Assembly: GCA_045589295.1 (NCBI GenBank)
Contig: JAZNOU010000012.1
Coordinates: forward strand, 160,001-224,000
Direction of reading: 5' to 3'
Length of the DNA stretch: 64,000 nt
DNA from: Clostridia bacterium
GTDB lineage: Bacteria > Bacillota > Clostridia > RGIG6154
This document shows positions 10,269 to 19,118 of the stretch, one piece after another (within the stretch, counting starts at the first letter, position 1; every line of letters starts with the position of its first letter). The notes under the pieces were generated by a model. The model saw only the letters and a program-made list of their open reading frames with translations, ran no database searches and was not told the origin of the DNA. The position numbers and the translations under genes are program-made.

Positions 10269-10765
10269 CTTATCAGACTCATTATTGCTAGAGTTATTAA
10301 AATTCCTGAAATACTACCAAAAGAGTCAATTAAAATGTCGGTAAACTGACAACTTCTTCCTGGCACAAATGTCTGGTGGAGTTCATCAGTTATTGCATAA
10401 AAAACACAAAATGTGAGAGAAATAATTACATTTTTTTGAAGGTAGTGGTTGCCTTTTTTAATAAAGCTTAGTGAATTGGATATAAAGATTGAAACTCCCA
10501 GTAACAAAAAAAGAAAAAAGTGTGCGGTTTTTCTTACATAATTATTTATCTTTTTGACAAGCTCATTTTTTTCTTTTTTAGAAATATTTTTGTTTTTGGT
10601 GACTGCAGTTACGATTTTTTTGGTTACTGATTTGCTTACTAAGTTTGATTTTGTGGCGGGTTGTGATGAAAAATAAAAGATAGACGCCATAATAATCAGT
10701 GTGAAAAAGTATGCAATTATTTTTTTGATAATCAGATGCGGATTTGTTCCTGAAATCATAGTCAC
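10250..10765 (-). CDS. VanZ-like family membrane protein
   Basis: IFYFSSQ, RKTAHF, YAITDELHQTFVPGR, DILIDSFG. Confidence 0.9.
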   Translation of the reverse strand: MTMISGTNPHLIIKKIIAYFFTLIIMASIFYFSSQPATKSNLVSKSVTKKIVTAVTKNKNISKKEKNELVKKINNYVRKTAHFFLFLLLGVSIFISNSLSFIKKGNHYLQKNVIISLTFCVFYAITDELHQTFVPGRSCQFTDILIDSFGSISGILITLAIMSLIRKKAVN

Positions 10766-11211
10766 TCCTCGTCAAACCTTGGTTCAACAAATAAGAACAT
10801 AAGCTGACCGATTTTTATAAGATCTCCCGTTTTTATGGCACAAGGCTCCAACCCTATGCGCTCGCCGTTTACGAATGTGCCGTTTGTTGTGTCATTATCA
10901 ACAATTGTCCACATGTCGTGCGATTTTAAAAACTGTGCATGCACAGTTGACATAAAAGGGTCTGAAATTATAATATCGTTTTTTCCACCTCTGCCTATTG
11001 TGAACTTGTGCTTGATATTATAACTTTCCTCAACTCTGAAAGGAACGGATTTTATTTTGTTTATCAGTTTGATGTATGGTGTGTCATCTAAAACGGTCCC
11101 CATACGTGAGTGCTTGATATCAAGGTAAATCAGTCTTATAATGCTGAACATAAAAAAGTAAATAGCTGTTACAAACAGGTATTTTAAAAGACCTGAAACA
11201 AGCTCAAACAT
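10762..11211 (-). CDS. Membrane-anchored FHA-domain protein (FhaB-like)
   Basis: N-terminal TM helix; FHA motifs IGRG, MSTVHA, TNGTFVNG. Confidence 0.9.
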   Translation of the reverse strand: MFELVSGLLKYLFVTAIYFFMFSIIRLIYLDIKHSRMGTVLDDTPYIKLINKIKSVPFRVEESYNIKHKFTIGRGGKNDIIISDPFMSTVHAQFLKSHDMWTIVDNDTTNGTFVNGERIGLEPCAIKTGDLIKIGQLMFLFVEPRFDEE

Positions 11212-11351
11212 AAAAAATCCCTCACTTTCTTTTTAATTAGTATAATATAAGTATTGAAAAAATGCAAATTTTTTATTATAATATATAATAGTGTAAATTT
11301 TAACTTTAATATTTACATAATTTGCCGGACATATTAAAGTCAGGAGGGAAT

Positions 11352-12803
11352 ATGGTGCGAAAAAATATTTCAAATCAGGAAGATCCTAATTTAAACAGCT
11401 CGGGGCAGACAACAGAGGTAGCGCAGGAAACAAAAGTAAAAAAAGCTCCGACAAAATTTCAAAAAGCAATTGAATATATCAAGGATAATTCTACAGTGGC
11501 AAAAAGCACAGTGATAGGGTTCTTTGTTTTTGCTGTCATATTGGCAATCGTTTCAAATATTCAGGTGGGTTATGCAGTTGTTTTTAATGATAAGACAATA
11601 GGTTATGTTGCGCACAAAGACACTGCACTTGAAAAAATTGATTTTATTTGCAAAGAAATTACCGACAATATAGCAGACACCGAAACAAATGTTACTGCTT
11701 CTTTGGTGCCTTCTGTTGCACCAGCCTTTAAATTTATAGCAGAGGACGAAATAGAACAGGCTATCAAAGAGGAGATTTCGTATTATGTTAATGCAGCGGC
11801 TGTTTATATAGATGGAGAGTTTGCGTTTGCAGCAAAAGATGCAACTGAGGCAGAAACGTTTATTAAAAAATATCAGGAAATGGTTTGCGGTGACGGAACT
11901 ATTATTTCTTCTCAAAGCGAAAACAAAGTAACATATAAAGATGAAAAGGTTATTCTTACAGAAGTGCTGGACGAGCAGGCGGCAATGTCAAGACTTGCGG
12001 GAACTGACTCAAAAGATGGACTTTATACTGTTGAAGAAGGAGATACACTGTGGAATATTGGTATTGATAACGATATTGCAACAGACTATCTTATGGTGCT
12101 TAACAACTTAGATAGTGAGGTTCTTCAGATAGGAACTGTTTTGAGGGTAAAATATCCAGAACCTATAATTGATGTTAAGGTAGTAAAAGATATTACCTAT
12201 ACCGAAATTCATCCCTACGAAACTGAGAAAAGATATGACAAAAATCTCAACGTCGGAACATATCGAACATATCAAAAGGGCTCTAACGGCGAAACAAGGG
12301 TAAGAGCAATTGTAACTTATGTTAACGGCAATGAAATTGAACGTGAAATTACAGAAAAAACTGTTTTAAGTGAGCCTGTTACAGAAATTCTTTTGGTAGG
12401 AACAAAGCCAAAGCCAAAAACTGCGGCGACAGGAAAGTTTGCAAGACCTATTTCGGGTGGATATGTGTCGTCCTCATTTGGCAACAGAAGCCGTGGATAT
12501 CATACAGGCGTTGACTGGGCAGTTTCATATGGAACACCTATTTATGCATCAGACGGCGGAACAGTTACAGCCGCCGGATGGGGTGGTGGTTACGGCAAAA
12601 TGGTTAAAATTAATCATGGTAATGGGTATGAAACTTTGTATGCCCATTGCTCAAAGCTTGTCGTATCAAGTGGAAAGAAAGTTGCAAAGGGGCAGCTTAT
12701 TGGTTATGTAGGTAGTACAGGAAACAGCACAGGACCTCATTTGCATTTTGAAATAAGAAGAAATGGTTCATACCTCAATCCTACTAAATATTGTGGTGAA
12801 TAA
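11352..12803 (+). CDS. LysM + G5 + M23 peptidoglycan DD-metalloendopeptidase
   Basis: YTVEEGDTLW (LysM), G5-like segment, HTGVD and STGPHLHFE (M23); ATG 11352 follows AGGAGG. Confidence 0.92.
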   Translation: MVRKNISNQEDPNLNSSGQTTEVAQETKVKKAPTKFQKAIEYIKDNSTVAKSTVIGFFVFAVILAIVSNIQVGYAVVFNDKTIGYVAHKDTALEKIDFICKEITDNIADTETNVTASLVPSVAPAFKFIAEDEIEQAIKEEISYYVNAAAVYIDGEFAFAAKDATEAETFIKKYQEMVCGDGTIISSQSENKVTYKDEKVILTEVLDEQAAMSRLAGTDSKDGLYTVEEGDTLWNIGIDNDIATDYLMVLNNLDSEVLQIGTVLRVKYPEPIIDVKVVKDITYTEIHPYETEKRYDKNLNVGTYRTYQKGSNGETRVRAIVTYVNGNEIEREITEKTVLSEPVTEILLVGTKPKPKTAATGKFARPISGGYVSSSFGNRSRGYHTGVDWAVSYGTPIYASDGGTVTAAGWGGGYGKMVKINHGNGYETLYAHCSKLVVSSGKKVAKGQLIGYVGSTGNSTGPHLHFEIRRNGSYLNPTKYCGE

Positions 12804-12809
12804 AACTTT

Positions 12810-12850
12810 AAGCAATCTCTCTTGTATGGGGGGATTGCTTGTAGGTTTTT
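12810..12850 (+). terminator. Intrinsic terminator after the M23 gene
   Basis: AAGCAATCTC...GGGATTGCTT stem followed by T-rich sequence. Confidence 0.6.
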
Positions 12851-12875
12851 GTCGCAAAATTTTTAGAAAAAACAC

Positions 12876-12904
12876 TTGATTTTGGTAAGTAGGTGTGCTA
12901 TAAT
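12876..12904 (+). promoter_or_regulatory. sigmaA promoter of the PqqD/S-layer locus
   Basis: TTGATT-N17-TATAAT with extended TG. Confidence 0.7.
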
Positions 12905-12967
12905 TATCTTACGTAGGTATAACTGTGGATTTTTTTGTGTACCAATCAATTTTTGGAAGGTGAACAG

Positions 12968-13231
12968 ATGCGACTAAAAGATGGCTTTTTATTAAGAAAT
13001 GTTGCCGGTGAATATGTTGTTGTCCCAACAGGGAACAGCATGGTTGACTTTAAGGCTATGATATCTCTTAATGAAACAGGCGCGTTTTTATGGGAGCAGC
13101 TTTTAGCAGACAAATCAGAGCAGCAACTTTTAGATGCGCTTTTGAGTGAGTATGACGTTGATGAAAAAACCGCATCTGAAGATATTAAAGAGTTTGTAGA
13201 GTTGCTTAAAGAAAAGAACCTGTTGGTATGA
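12968..13231 (+). CDS. PqqD-family protein / stand-alone RiPP recognition element (RRE)
   Basis: 87 aa; FLLRNVAGEYVVVP...LNETGAFLWEQL...LLSEYDVDEKTASEDIKEFVELL is the PqqD winged-helix pattern; ATG follows GAAGGTG. Confidence 0.9.
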   Translation: MRLKDGFLLRNVAGEYVVVPTGNSMVDFKAMISLNETGAFLWEQLLADKSEQQLLDALLSEYDVDEKTASEDIKEFVELLKEKNLLV

Positions 13232-13680
13232 ATATGAAAAAAGTCTTAAGTACAAAAGAGATTATGCCTCTTGTGGGAGACATCTTAAAAACGGCGGAGC
13301 GAGTTAGGTTTACCGTTAAGGGAAACAGTATGTATCCGCTTTTAAGGTCGGACCGCGACGAGGTAGAGGTTATAAAGTGCGATAGTATAGGCAAGTATGA
13401 TATTGTTCTTTACAAAAGAAACAATGGTGACTATATTCTTCACAGGGTGCTCAAAGAAAATGACAACGCACTTTCAATAGCAGGCGATTTTGAACAGGAA
13501 CTTGAAAGCCCTGTGTATAAAGATCAGGTTATTGCAAAAGTTGTCAATATAATAAGAGACGGTAAAAAAGTTATCTCTTGTAACAACGGCATCTATAAAA
13601 CGTATTGTGTTTTGTGGGCGGCGGTATTTAAAAACAGACGAAGGATACTTAAAATACTTAAGAAACTGAGGAAATGGTGA
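13228..13680 (+). CDS. S24/S26-family serine peptidase, soluble
   Basis: VKGNSMYPLL (Ser), DIVLY, ILHRV (His), GD; no N-terminal TM helix; ATGA overlap with the RRE gene. Confidence 0.8.
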   Translation: MNMKKVLSTKEIMPLVGDILKTAERVRFTVKGNSMYPLLRSDRDEVEVIKCDSIGKYDIVLYKRNNGDYILHRVLKENDNALSIAGDFEQELESPVYKDQVIAKVVNIIRDGKKVISCNNGIYKTYCVLWAAVFKNRRRILKILKKLRKW

Positions 13681-15350
13681 AATTGAAAAATAAAGATATC
13701 GCTAAACAATGGTTTTTTAAGAATATCAGACAGGTTTTTGGCGGAGTTTTTGCTCTTACTTTTGTTTCTGTCCTGATTAATGTGTCAGGTGTCGGATTTG
13801 CGATTTCTTCAAAACGTGTTTTGGATGTAGCATCTAATTCAACTGAAGGGAACTTATTAACAGAAGCTTTAGTTTTGTTTTCTTTGGTTGTGATTCAGCT
13901 TATTTTGCAAATTATCCTCTCTAAGTGCTATGTTAAAACGCAGGCACAAACGAGAATTAAAATAAAAACCGACTTGTTTGAAAGCATAGTGAAAAAAGAT
14001 TTAACTGAGGTGAATTTTTATCACTCGGGTGAGTTGGTTAACAGGCTCACAAGCGACGTTAACGTTGTGTCAAACGCGGTGGTGGATATTTTACCAACTG
14101 CGATAGCACTTAGCATTGGGGTTTGTTTAAGCTTTGGGGTATTGTTCAGTTTGGACCCTGTTTATGCAGTTATTTATCTGATAGTTGCACCCCTTGCACT
14201 TTTAACTGCAAGATTTTTTAGAAAAAGGCTTAAAGTGTTACATAAAGAGTCGGTTTCAACCGACGGGATTGTTAAATCGTTTATGCAGGAATGTTTCAGA
14301 AATCTGCTCGTGGTCAAGGCTTTTGAAAAAGAAGATCACGTAACCGAAAAGTGTAATGCTTATCAACTTGCTAACTACAAGGTTTTGATAAAGAAAAACG
14401 ATATCAGCATTTTAGCGAACGTAATGTTCTTTTTGTCCATTACTGCAGGCTATTATTTAACTCTTATTTGGGGGGCATACAAGCTTTCGATAGGAATTTT
14501 AACAATCGGTGAAATTGTTGCAATGCTTGAACTTGTTTCACAAATTCAGTCCCCGCTAAAGTCATTATCATCACTTCTTCCGCAGTATTATTCGGCGGTA
14601 GCTTCATCTGAAAGAATTTTGGAGCTTGAAGATTTGCCTGATGAAAAACAACTAAATGCAAGCAGTGAAAAAGTTGATGACTTTTCAAAGCTTGTCATTG
14701 ACAATATGTCTTTTTCGTATGATGAAAGTTTAATTTTTGATAAAGCTTCCTGCGAAATTGAAAAAGGCGACATCGTCGGAATTTACGGCGAGTCGGGAAT
14801 TGGAAAAAGCACACTTATAAAACTTATTTTAGGAGTGCTTAAGCCCAATAAGGGCGAGATTTACATAGTTGACCCGAGCGGTCAAAAGATTTTGGTTGAT
14901 ACAGAAACTAAAAACCTGTTTTCTTATGTGCCTCAAGGTAACCTGATATTATCTGGCACAATAGCAGAAAACGTGGTTTTCGGTTCTGACAACATAGATA
15001 TAAAGCTGGTTGAACGTTGCATCAAAGTGTCGCAGCTTGATGAAATGGTCAGTCAGTTGCCACTAAAACTTGATACAGGTTTGGGTGAAGGCGGCCTAGG
15101 TCTTTCTGAAGGACAGGTACAGCGATTATCTATCGCAAGGGCATTGTATCGGAATTCTGAAATACTGTTGCTTGATGAAGCAACGTCGGCTCTTGACCGA
15201 GAAACCGAAATCAGGGTGTTGGAGGAAATGAAGAGTTTGAATAAGACTTGTCTTTTCATAACTCACCGCAAAGAAGCACTTTTAAGTTGCAGCAAGCTTT
15301 TAAGTGTGAAAAACGGAAAGATTTCCATCGACAGGCAGGAAATTTTATAA
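13674..15350 (+). CDS. ABC exporter (fused TMD-NBD), no C39 peptidase domain
   Basis: TM domain, Walker A GESGIGKS, signature LSEGQVQR, Walker B LLLDE. Confidence 0.92.
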   Translation: MVKLKNKDIAKQWFFKNIRQVFGGVFALTFVSVLINVSGVGFAISSKRVLDVASNSTEGNLLTEALVLFSLVVIQLILQIILSKCYVKTQAQTRIKIKTDLFESIVKKDLTEVNFYHSGELVNRLTSDVNVVSNAVVDILPTAIALSIGVCLSFGVLFSLDPVYAVIYLIVAPLALLTARFFRKRLKVLHKESVSTDGIVKSFMQECFRNLLVVKAFEKEDHVTEKCNAYQLANYKVLIKKNDISILANVMFFLSITAGYYLTLIWGAYKLSIGILTIGEIVAMLELVSQIQSPLKSLSSLLPQYYSAVASSERILELEDLPDEKQLNASSEKVDDFSKLVIDNMSFSYDESLIFDKASCEIEKGDIVGIYGESGIGKSTLIKLILGVLKPNKGEIYIVDPSGQKILVDTETKNLFSYVPQGNLILSGTIAENVVFGSDNIDIKLVERCIKVSQLDEMVSQLPLKLDTGLGEGGLGLSEGQVQRLSIARALYRNSEILLLDEATSALDRETEIRVLEEMKSLNKTCLFITHRKEALLSCSKLLSVKNGKISIDRQEIL

Positions 15351-15372
15351 AGTTTGTTTGGGAGGAATAAAG

Positions 15373-16329
15373 ATGAAATGTAAGAGAATTATCAAAGTAG
15401 TAAGTGCGCTTGCATTAACTGTAGCTTTGTTAGTATCTGCTAGTGTTGTTTCATTTGCTGCAACATATACAACACAGACAACATACATTAATGAAGATAC
15501 TATTGAAGTTATTTCAAGAGCTACAGGCTTAAACGATGGCGAAATGGCTACTTATGTTGCTTACAGAAACGGCGAGTTCTCAGAAACTAATGCAGTTTAC
15601 ATCGACCAGGCAACAGAGCAGGACAATGCAGTTGAATTTAGATATCAGGCAGATTCTGATGATGTAAAAGCAACAGTATTGTTCGGCGGTGAAAGCGCAC
15701 CGAATACATTGGAGCCGGATAAAGTTGGTCATAAAATTACAGTATATGTTAACGAAGTGGCTCAAGGCGACCAAGTTGCTGCTTATGCTGTAGCTGACTA
15801 TGACGGCGAATATCTCGCAAGAGAATTTTCGGTAAACATTGAAAACGGAAAAGCTATTAAAAAAGTTGAATTCGCAGCTGATGGAGCTGAAAAAACAACT
15901 GTAGAAGCTTGGTATGTTAAAAATGGCGCGTTGGTTGTATTAAGCCGTGTTATTGAATCAGATGGTTCATTGTACATTACAGCAGAGGATGCAACCATTT
16001 CTGTTAAACTTGGTGCTGTTACTGGTACTGAAAACACAATTACTGCATTTGCCAAAGCAGTTTGCACAGATGATGCAGACTACGGAATCTTAATTGCGGA
16101 CTCAGAAGTTGAAATCGAAGCTGCTGGTCGTATTGACTGGAAAGATGCTGAAGACTACACAACTCCGGTTTATTTCAATGCTTTAGGCAAAGGTAACAAT
16201 GGTGTATTTGCAGTAGAAGTAACTGATGAAGACTGCTTTGTTGCAGGTAAAAGCTTTAATGTAAAAGCTTATGCTGATTCTGGAGAGACAGAAGTGTATT
16301 CAATTGATACTGTAACTGTAAGATTATAA
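15373..16329 (+). CDS. Secreted acidic beta-rich hypothetical protein
   Basis: Sec signal MKCKRIIKVVSALALTVALLVSASVVSFAA; D/E/T/V-rich mature part; RBS GGAGGA. Confidence 0.75.
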   Translation: MKCKRIIKVVSALALTVALLVSASVVSFAATYTTQTTYINEDTIEVISRATGLNDGEMATYVAYRNGEFSETNAVYIDQATEQDNAVEFRYQADSDDVKATVLFGGESAPNTLEPDKVGHKITVYVNEVAQGDQVAAYAVADYDGEYLAREFSVNIENGKAIKKVEFAADGAEKTTVEAWYVKNGALVVLSRVIESDGSLYITAEDATISVKLGAVTGTENTITAFAKAVCTDDADYGILIADSEVEIEAAGRIDWKDAEDYTTPVYFNALGKGNNGVFAVEVTDEDCFVAGKSFNVKAYADSGETEVYSIDTVTVRL

Positions 16330-16376
16330 GAGCGACTGTATCATTTAACGATACAAATTCAGGAGGAGAATTTACT

Positions 16377-16538
16377 ATGAAAAATTATCAAAAACCTGTT
16401 TTAGAGGTTGTTGAATTAGCAGTTGCTGAAAATATCGCTGCATTAGTGCCGAAAACTATCTATAAAAGATCAGTTGGCAAGAAGATGGCTCAGGACACCA
16501 GAATAATGCTTGTAGAAGATTTAAGTAATCTTAGCTAA
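16377..16538 (+). CDS. 53-aa putative RiPP-like precursor peptide, missing from the ORF track: MKNYQKPVLEVVELAVAENIAALVPKTIYKRSVGKKMAQDTRIMLVEDLSNLS
   Basis: Strong RBS AGGAGG ahead of ATG 16377; TAA at 16536-16538; YQKPVL matches the YxxPxL RRE-binding motif; RRE gene in the same locus. Confidence 0.8.
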   Translation: MKNYQKPVLEVVELAVAENIAALVPKTIYKRSVGKKMAQDTRIMLVEDLSNLS

Positions 16539-16587
16539 TTTTAGCACTGCAAATTAAATAAAAATTTGAGAGGATGTTTACTTTAAT

Positions 16588-17463
16588 ATGCAATATACTG
16601 TCGCAGGTTTTAATATTGATGTTGTCAGTGAACATCCTTCTTATCTTTTTATGAGACTCAAAGACTATGAAAGCACTTTTTCGGGGGAAGCAGACTTTAC
16701 AGTCAGGTGTAAAGAAGAAAAAAATATCGCTCTCCCCGATGATATTGTGCTTATAGGTCAAAGAGTCGGAAGATGGATATGGTTTGAAAAAAAAGATGGT
16801 ACGCTCGGTGCGTACATAAAATATGACGATGTCGAAAACATTGCGGCATTGGCATTGTGGGATAAAGCTTTTAAAAATATTGAATTATCTGTTTATGATA
16901 TTGAGCCATACGGCAATTTGCCAATAGCTCAAAGAATTTTTTATTTACTGGGAGATGTTATTGCATACTCGGTATTAAACTGCGGTGCAGGAGTTTTCCA
17001 TTCTTCTGCGATAAGTTATAAAGGAAACGGGATTTTATTTTCCGCACCATCGGGAACAGGAAAATCCACACATACATCTTTATGGAAAGATGTTTTTGGT
17101 GATAATGTTGTTATATTTAATGACGATACACCAATACTTAAGATAGAAAATGACGTTTGTTTTGCCTACGGCTCACCTTGGAGCGGCAAAACTGCGATTA
17201 ATGAAAATATAAAGGTTCCGCTTAAGGCGATTGTATGCCTTGACAGAGCGCAGACCAATTCAATAAAAAGACTTACGGGGATTAGTGCTTTTTACAGAAT
17301 TTTCAATGAAATGAGAAAGCCTCCGGTTGAGAGTCTTATGGACAAGAGTCTTACGGTTATGGATAGTATTTTGCAGAAAGTTCCGGTTTACGAGCTTTTT
17401 TGCAATAAAAATAAAGATGCAGTAATGACAGTTTTTGACGCTGTCGGTTTTGACAAATTATAA
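16588..17463 (+). CDS. HPr kinase-like P-loop protein (lasso-kinase/ScmC-like)
   Basis: FHSSAI, Walker A APSGTGKST, FNDD acidic pair, GSPWSG; no DRTGG N-terminal domain of true HprK. Confidence 0.8.
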   Translation: MQYTVAGFNIDVVSEHPSYLFMRLKDYESTFSGEADFTVRCKEEKNIALPDDIVLIGQRVGRWIWFEKKDGTLGAYIKYDDVENIAALALWDKAFKNIELSVYDIEPYGNLPIAQRIFYLLGDVIAYSVLNCGAGVFHSSAISYKGNGILFSAPSGTGKSTHTSLWKDVFGDNVVIFNDDTPILKIENDVCFAYGSPWSGKTAINENIKVPLKAIVCLDRAQTNSIKRLTGISAFYRIFNEMRKPPVESLMDKSLTVMDSILQKVPVYELFCNKNKDAVMTVFDAVGFDKL

Positions 17464-17477
17464 GAGAGGTAAAAAGG

Positions 17478-19088
17478 ATGAATAAAAAAATATTTTTTGG
17501 TACACTTTTGTGTATGGTTTTATGTTTAAGCATTGCGACATGCGCATTTGCCGCAACATTTTCTGATTTATCAAAAAGCCACTGGGCGTACGATAATATT
17601 GTCGAATTAAGTTCACAGGGGGTTATAAACGGATACTCTGACGGTACATTTCGCCCCGAAGCATATGTTACGAGAGCTGAATTTGTTAAGCTTATAGGTA
17701 CAATCGATACAATCAAAAATGGTGACTTTGACGACCTACCTAAAACTCACTGGGCATATGAATACGTTATGAAATCAGGGGTTGATGTTGACAGAAAGAA
17801 CTTTCGCCCTGATGAAAATATCACAAGAGCAGAAGTTTTAGATATATTGTGGAACAGATATGGAACTGAAACAGATGCAAAAGTTCCCGGAATTATAGAA
17901 AATCAGCACAAAAATGTTCCGGCTGTTACCTGGGGATATTCTTACGGACTTATGATAGGCGATGACGGAATAAATTTAAGACTTAGTGATGATTTGTCAA
18001 GAGCAGAAGCGGTTACACTTATTTTGCGCTCCAGAAAGATTGATACATCAAAGCAAAAGTTGCTTGCAGACAATGTAAACAGCAAGATTTTGGAAAATAT
18101 TTTTAATGATACAATGCTTTTTGATAAACCTTACAGTGAAAATGAAACAGTTACAGTTGGCGAAATTTCACACGCAGCTTTAAGACTTGCATATCAAACA
18201 AAGCAAATTCCATATAACAAGGATTTGTATATCGGCGATCCACAATTTGATGGTGATTATGCACTTGATATTGCTCACATGGCAAAACAAGTATTTGGTG
18301 AAGCTTCAAACAACAAAGAGTTTGCAGAAGGCAAGGCAAATCAACAGCAGGTTTTGGCAGCACTTATGTATGGTTATATGTTTAAAGCAAACGACTCGCC
18401 TGTAATCGGCAGAATGGATGATTACTACAAAGATGCAGTTGTTGCAAAAGGTCTTACAATGCAAAATATGTTACTTACATACACTAACAGACGCGGCATT
18501 TTTGCAAGCGCTGACGGACTTTTGCATAATGACAAAGCTGTAACACATAAAGAAATTGCATCAATTCTTTTGCAACTTGATAACTTTACAGGTTCACAAA
18601 TAAGCTATTCAAACGGCAAAGAATCGGATGAAAAATTAAGCACAGATGCTTATATTTACGAAAATGCAGATGATGGATTTGGAATTTTATTAAAAGGCAT
18701 TCCAAACGTAGTTTACGAGACACCAATGAAAGCTCCTGCTAAAGAGTTTACAGTTTTTGCAAGAGATTTCTTTGAAATATTTACTACTCTTTCAGATGGC
18801 ATTAAGGCAAAAGCCAAAAGCGAGGGCGCTGAAATTGTTTTAAGAGTTTATCCAACACTTATTGCAAATGCAGGCAATGAAGTTATTATGAGAACAAAGA
18901 TATATGTAGCTTCAAATCCAAAAGGCTTAAATCTTGGTGAAATTATCGGTAAGTGCGATATGAATACAGATATTAAAGCCTTGGAAGGTAAAACGTATTT
19001 TGTTGATATTTCAACCAATCATCCATTGGATGACATGTACATCAATCCTGAAAATGTAAGCTTAAAACAGCTTATATGGAATGATTAA
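17478..19088 (+). CDS. S-layer homology (SLH) domain surface protein
   Basis: Signal peptide (AFA); FSDLSKSHWAY...GYSDGTFRPEAYVTRAEF plus two more SLH units (ITRAE, LSRAE). Confidence 0.88.
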   Translation: MNKKIFFGTLLCMVLCLSIATCAFAATFSDLSKSHWAYDNIVELSSQGVINGYSDGTFRPEAYVTRAEFVKLIGTIDTIKNGDFDDLPKTHWAYEYVMKSGVDVDRKNFRPDENITRAEVLDILWNRYGTETDAKVPGIIENQHKNVPAVTWGYSYGLMIGDDGINLRLSDDLSRAEAVTLILRSRKIDTSKQKLLADNVNSKILENIFNDTMLFDKPYSENETVTVGEISHAALRLAYQTKQIPYNKDLYIGDPQFDGDYALDIAHMAKQVFGEASNNKEFAEGKANQQQVLAALMYGYMFKANDSPVIGRMDDYYKDAVVAKGLTMQNMLLTYTNRRGIFASADGLLHNDKAVTHKEIASILLQLDNFTGSQISYSNGKESDEKLSTDAYIYENADDGFGILLKGIPNVVYETPMKAPAKEFTVFARDFFEIFTTLSDGIKAKAKSEGAEIVLRVYPTLIANAGNEVIMRTKIYVASNPKGLNLGEIIGKCDMNTDIKALEGKTYFVDISTNHPLDDMYINPENVSLKQLIWND

Positions 19089-19118
19089 TCTGGTTTAATT
19101 TACATGGAGGAAAAATAA

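Noticed and set aside
10250-10765. Glycopeptide resistance locus
   Set aside because: Stand-alone VanZ-like gene; no vanHAX or vanRS nearby
12968-17463. Calling the cassette a lasso peptide or PQQ biosynthesis cluster
   Set aside because: No lasso cyclase, transglutaminase-like B2, PqqB/C/E or radical SAM gene in the window; the peptide lacks lasso ring residues and the PqqA ExxxY motif
16588-17463. Housekeeping HPr kinase/phosphorylase (hprK)
   Set aside because: Lacks the DRTGG N-terminal domain and the GxSGxGKSE / LEIRGLG signatures
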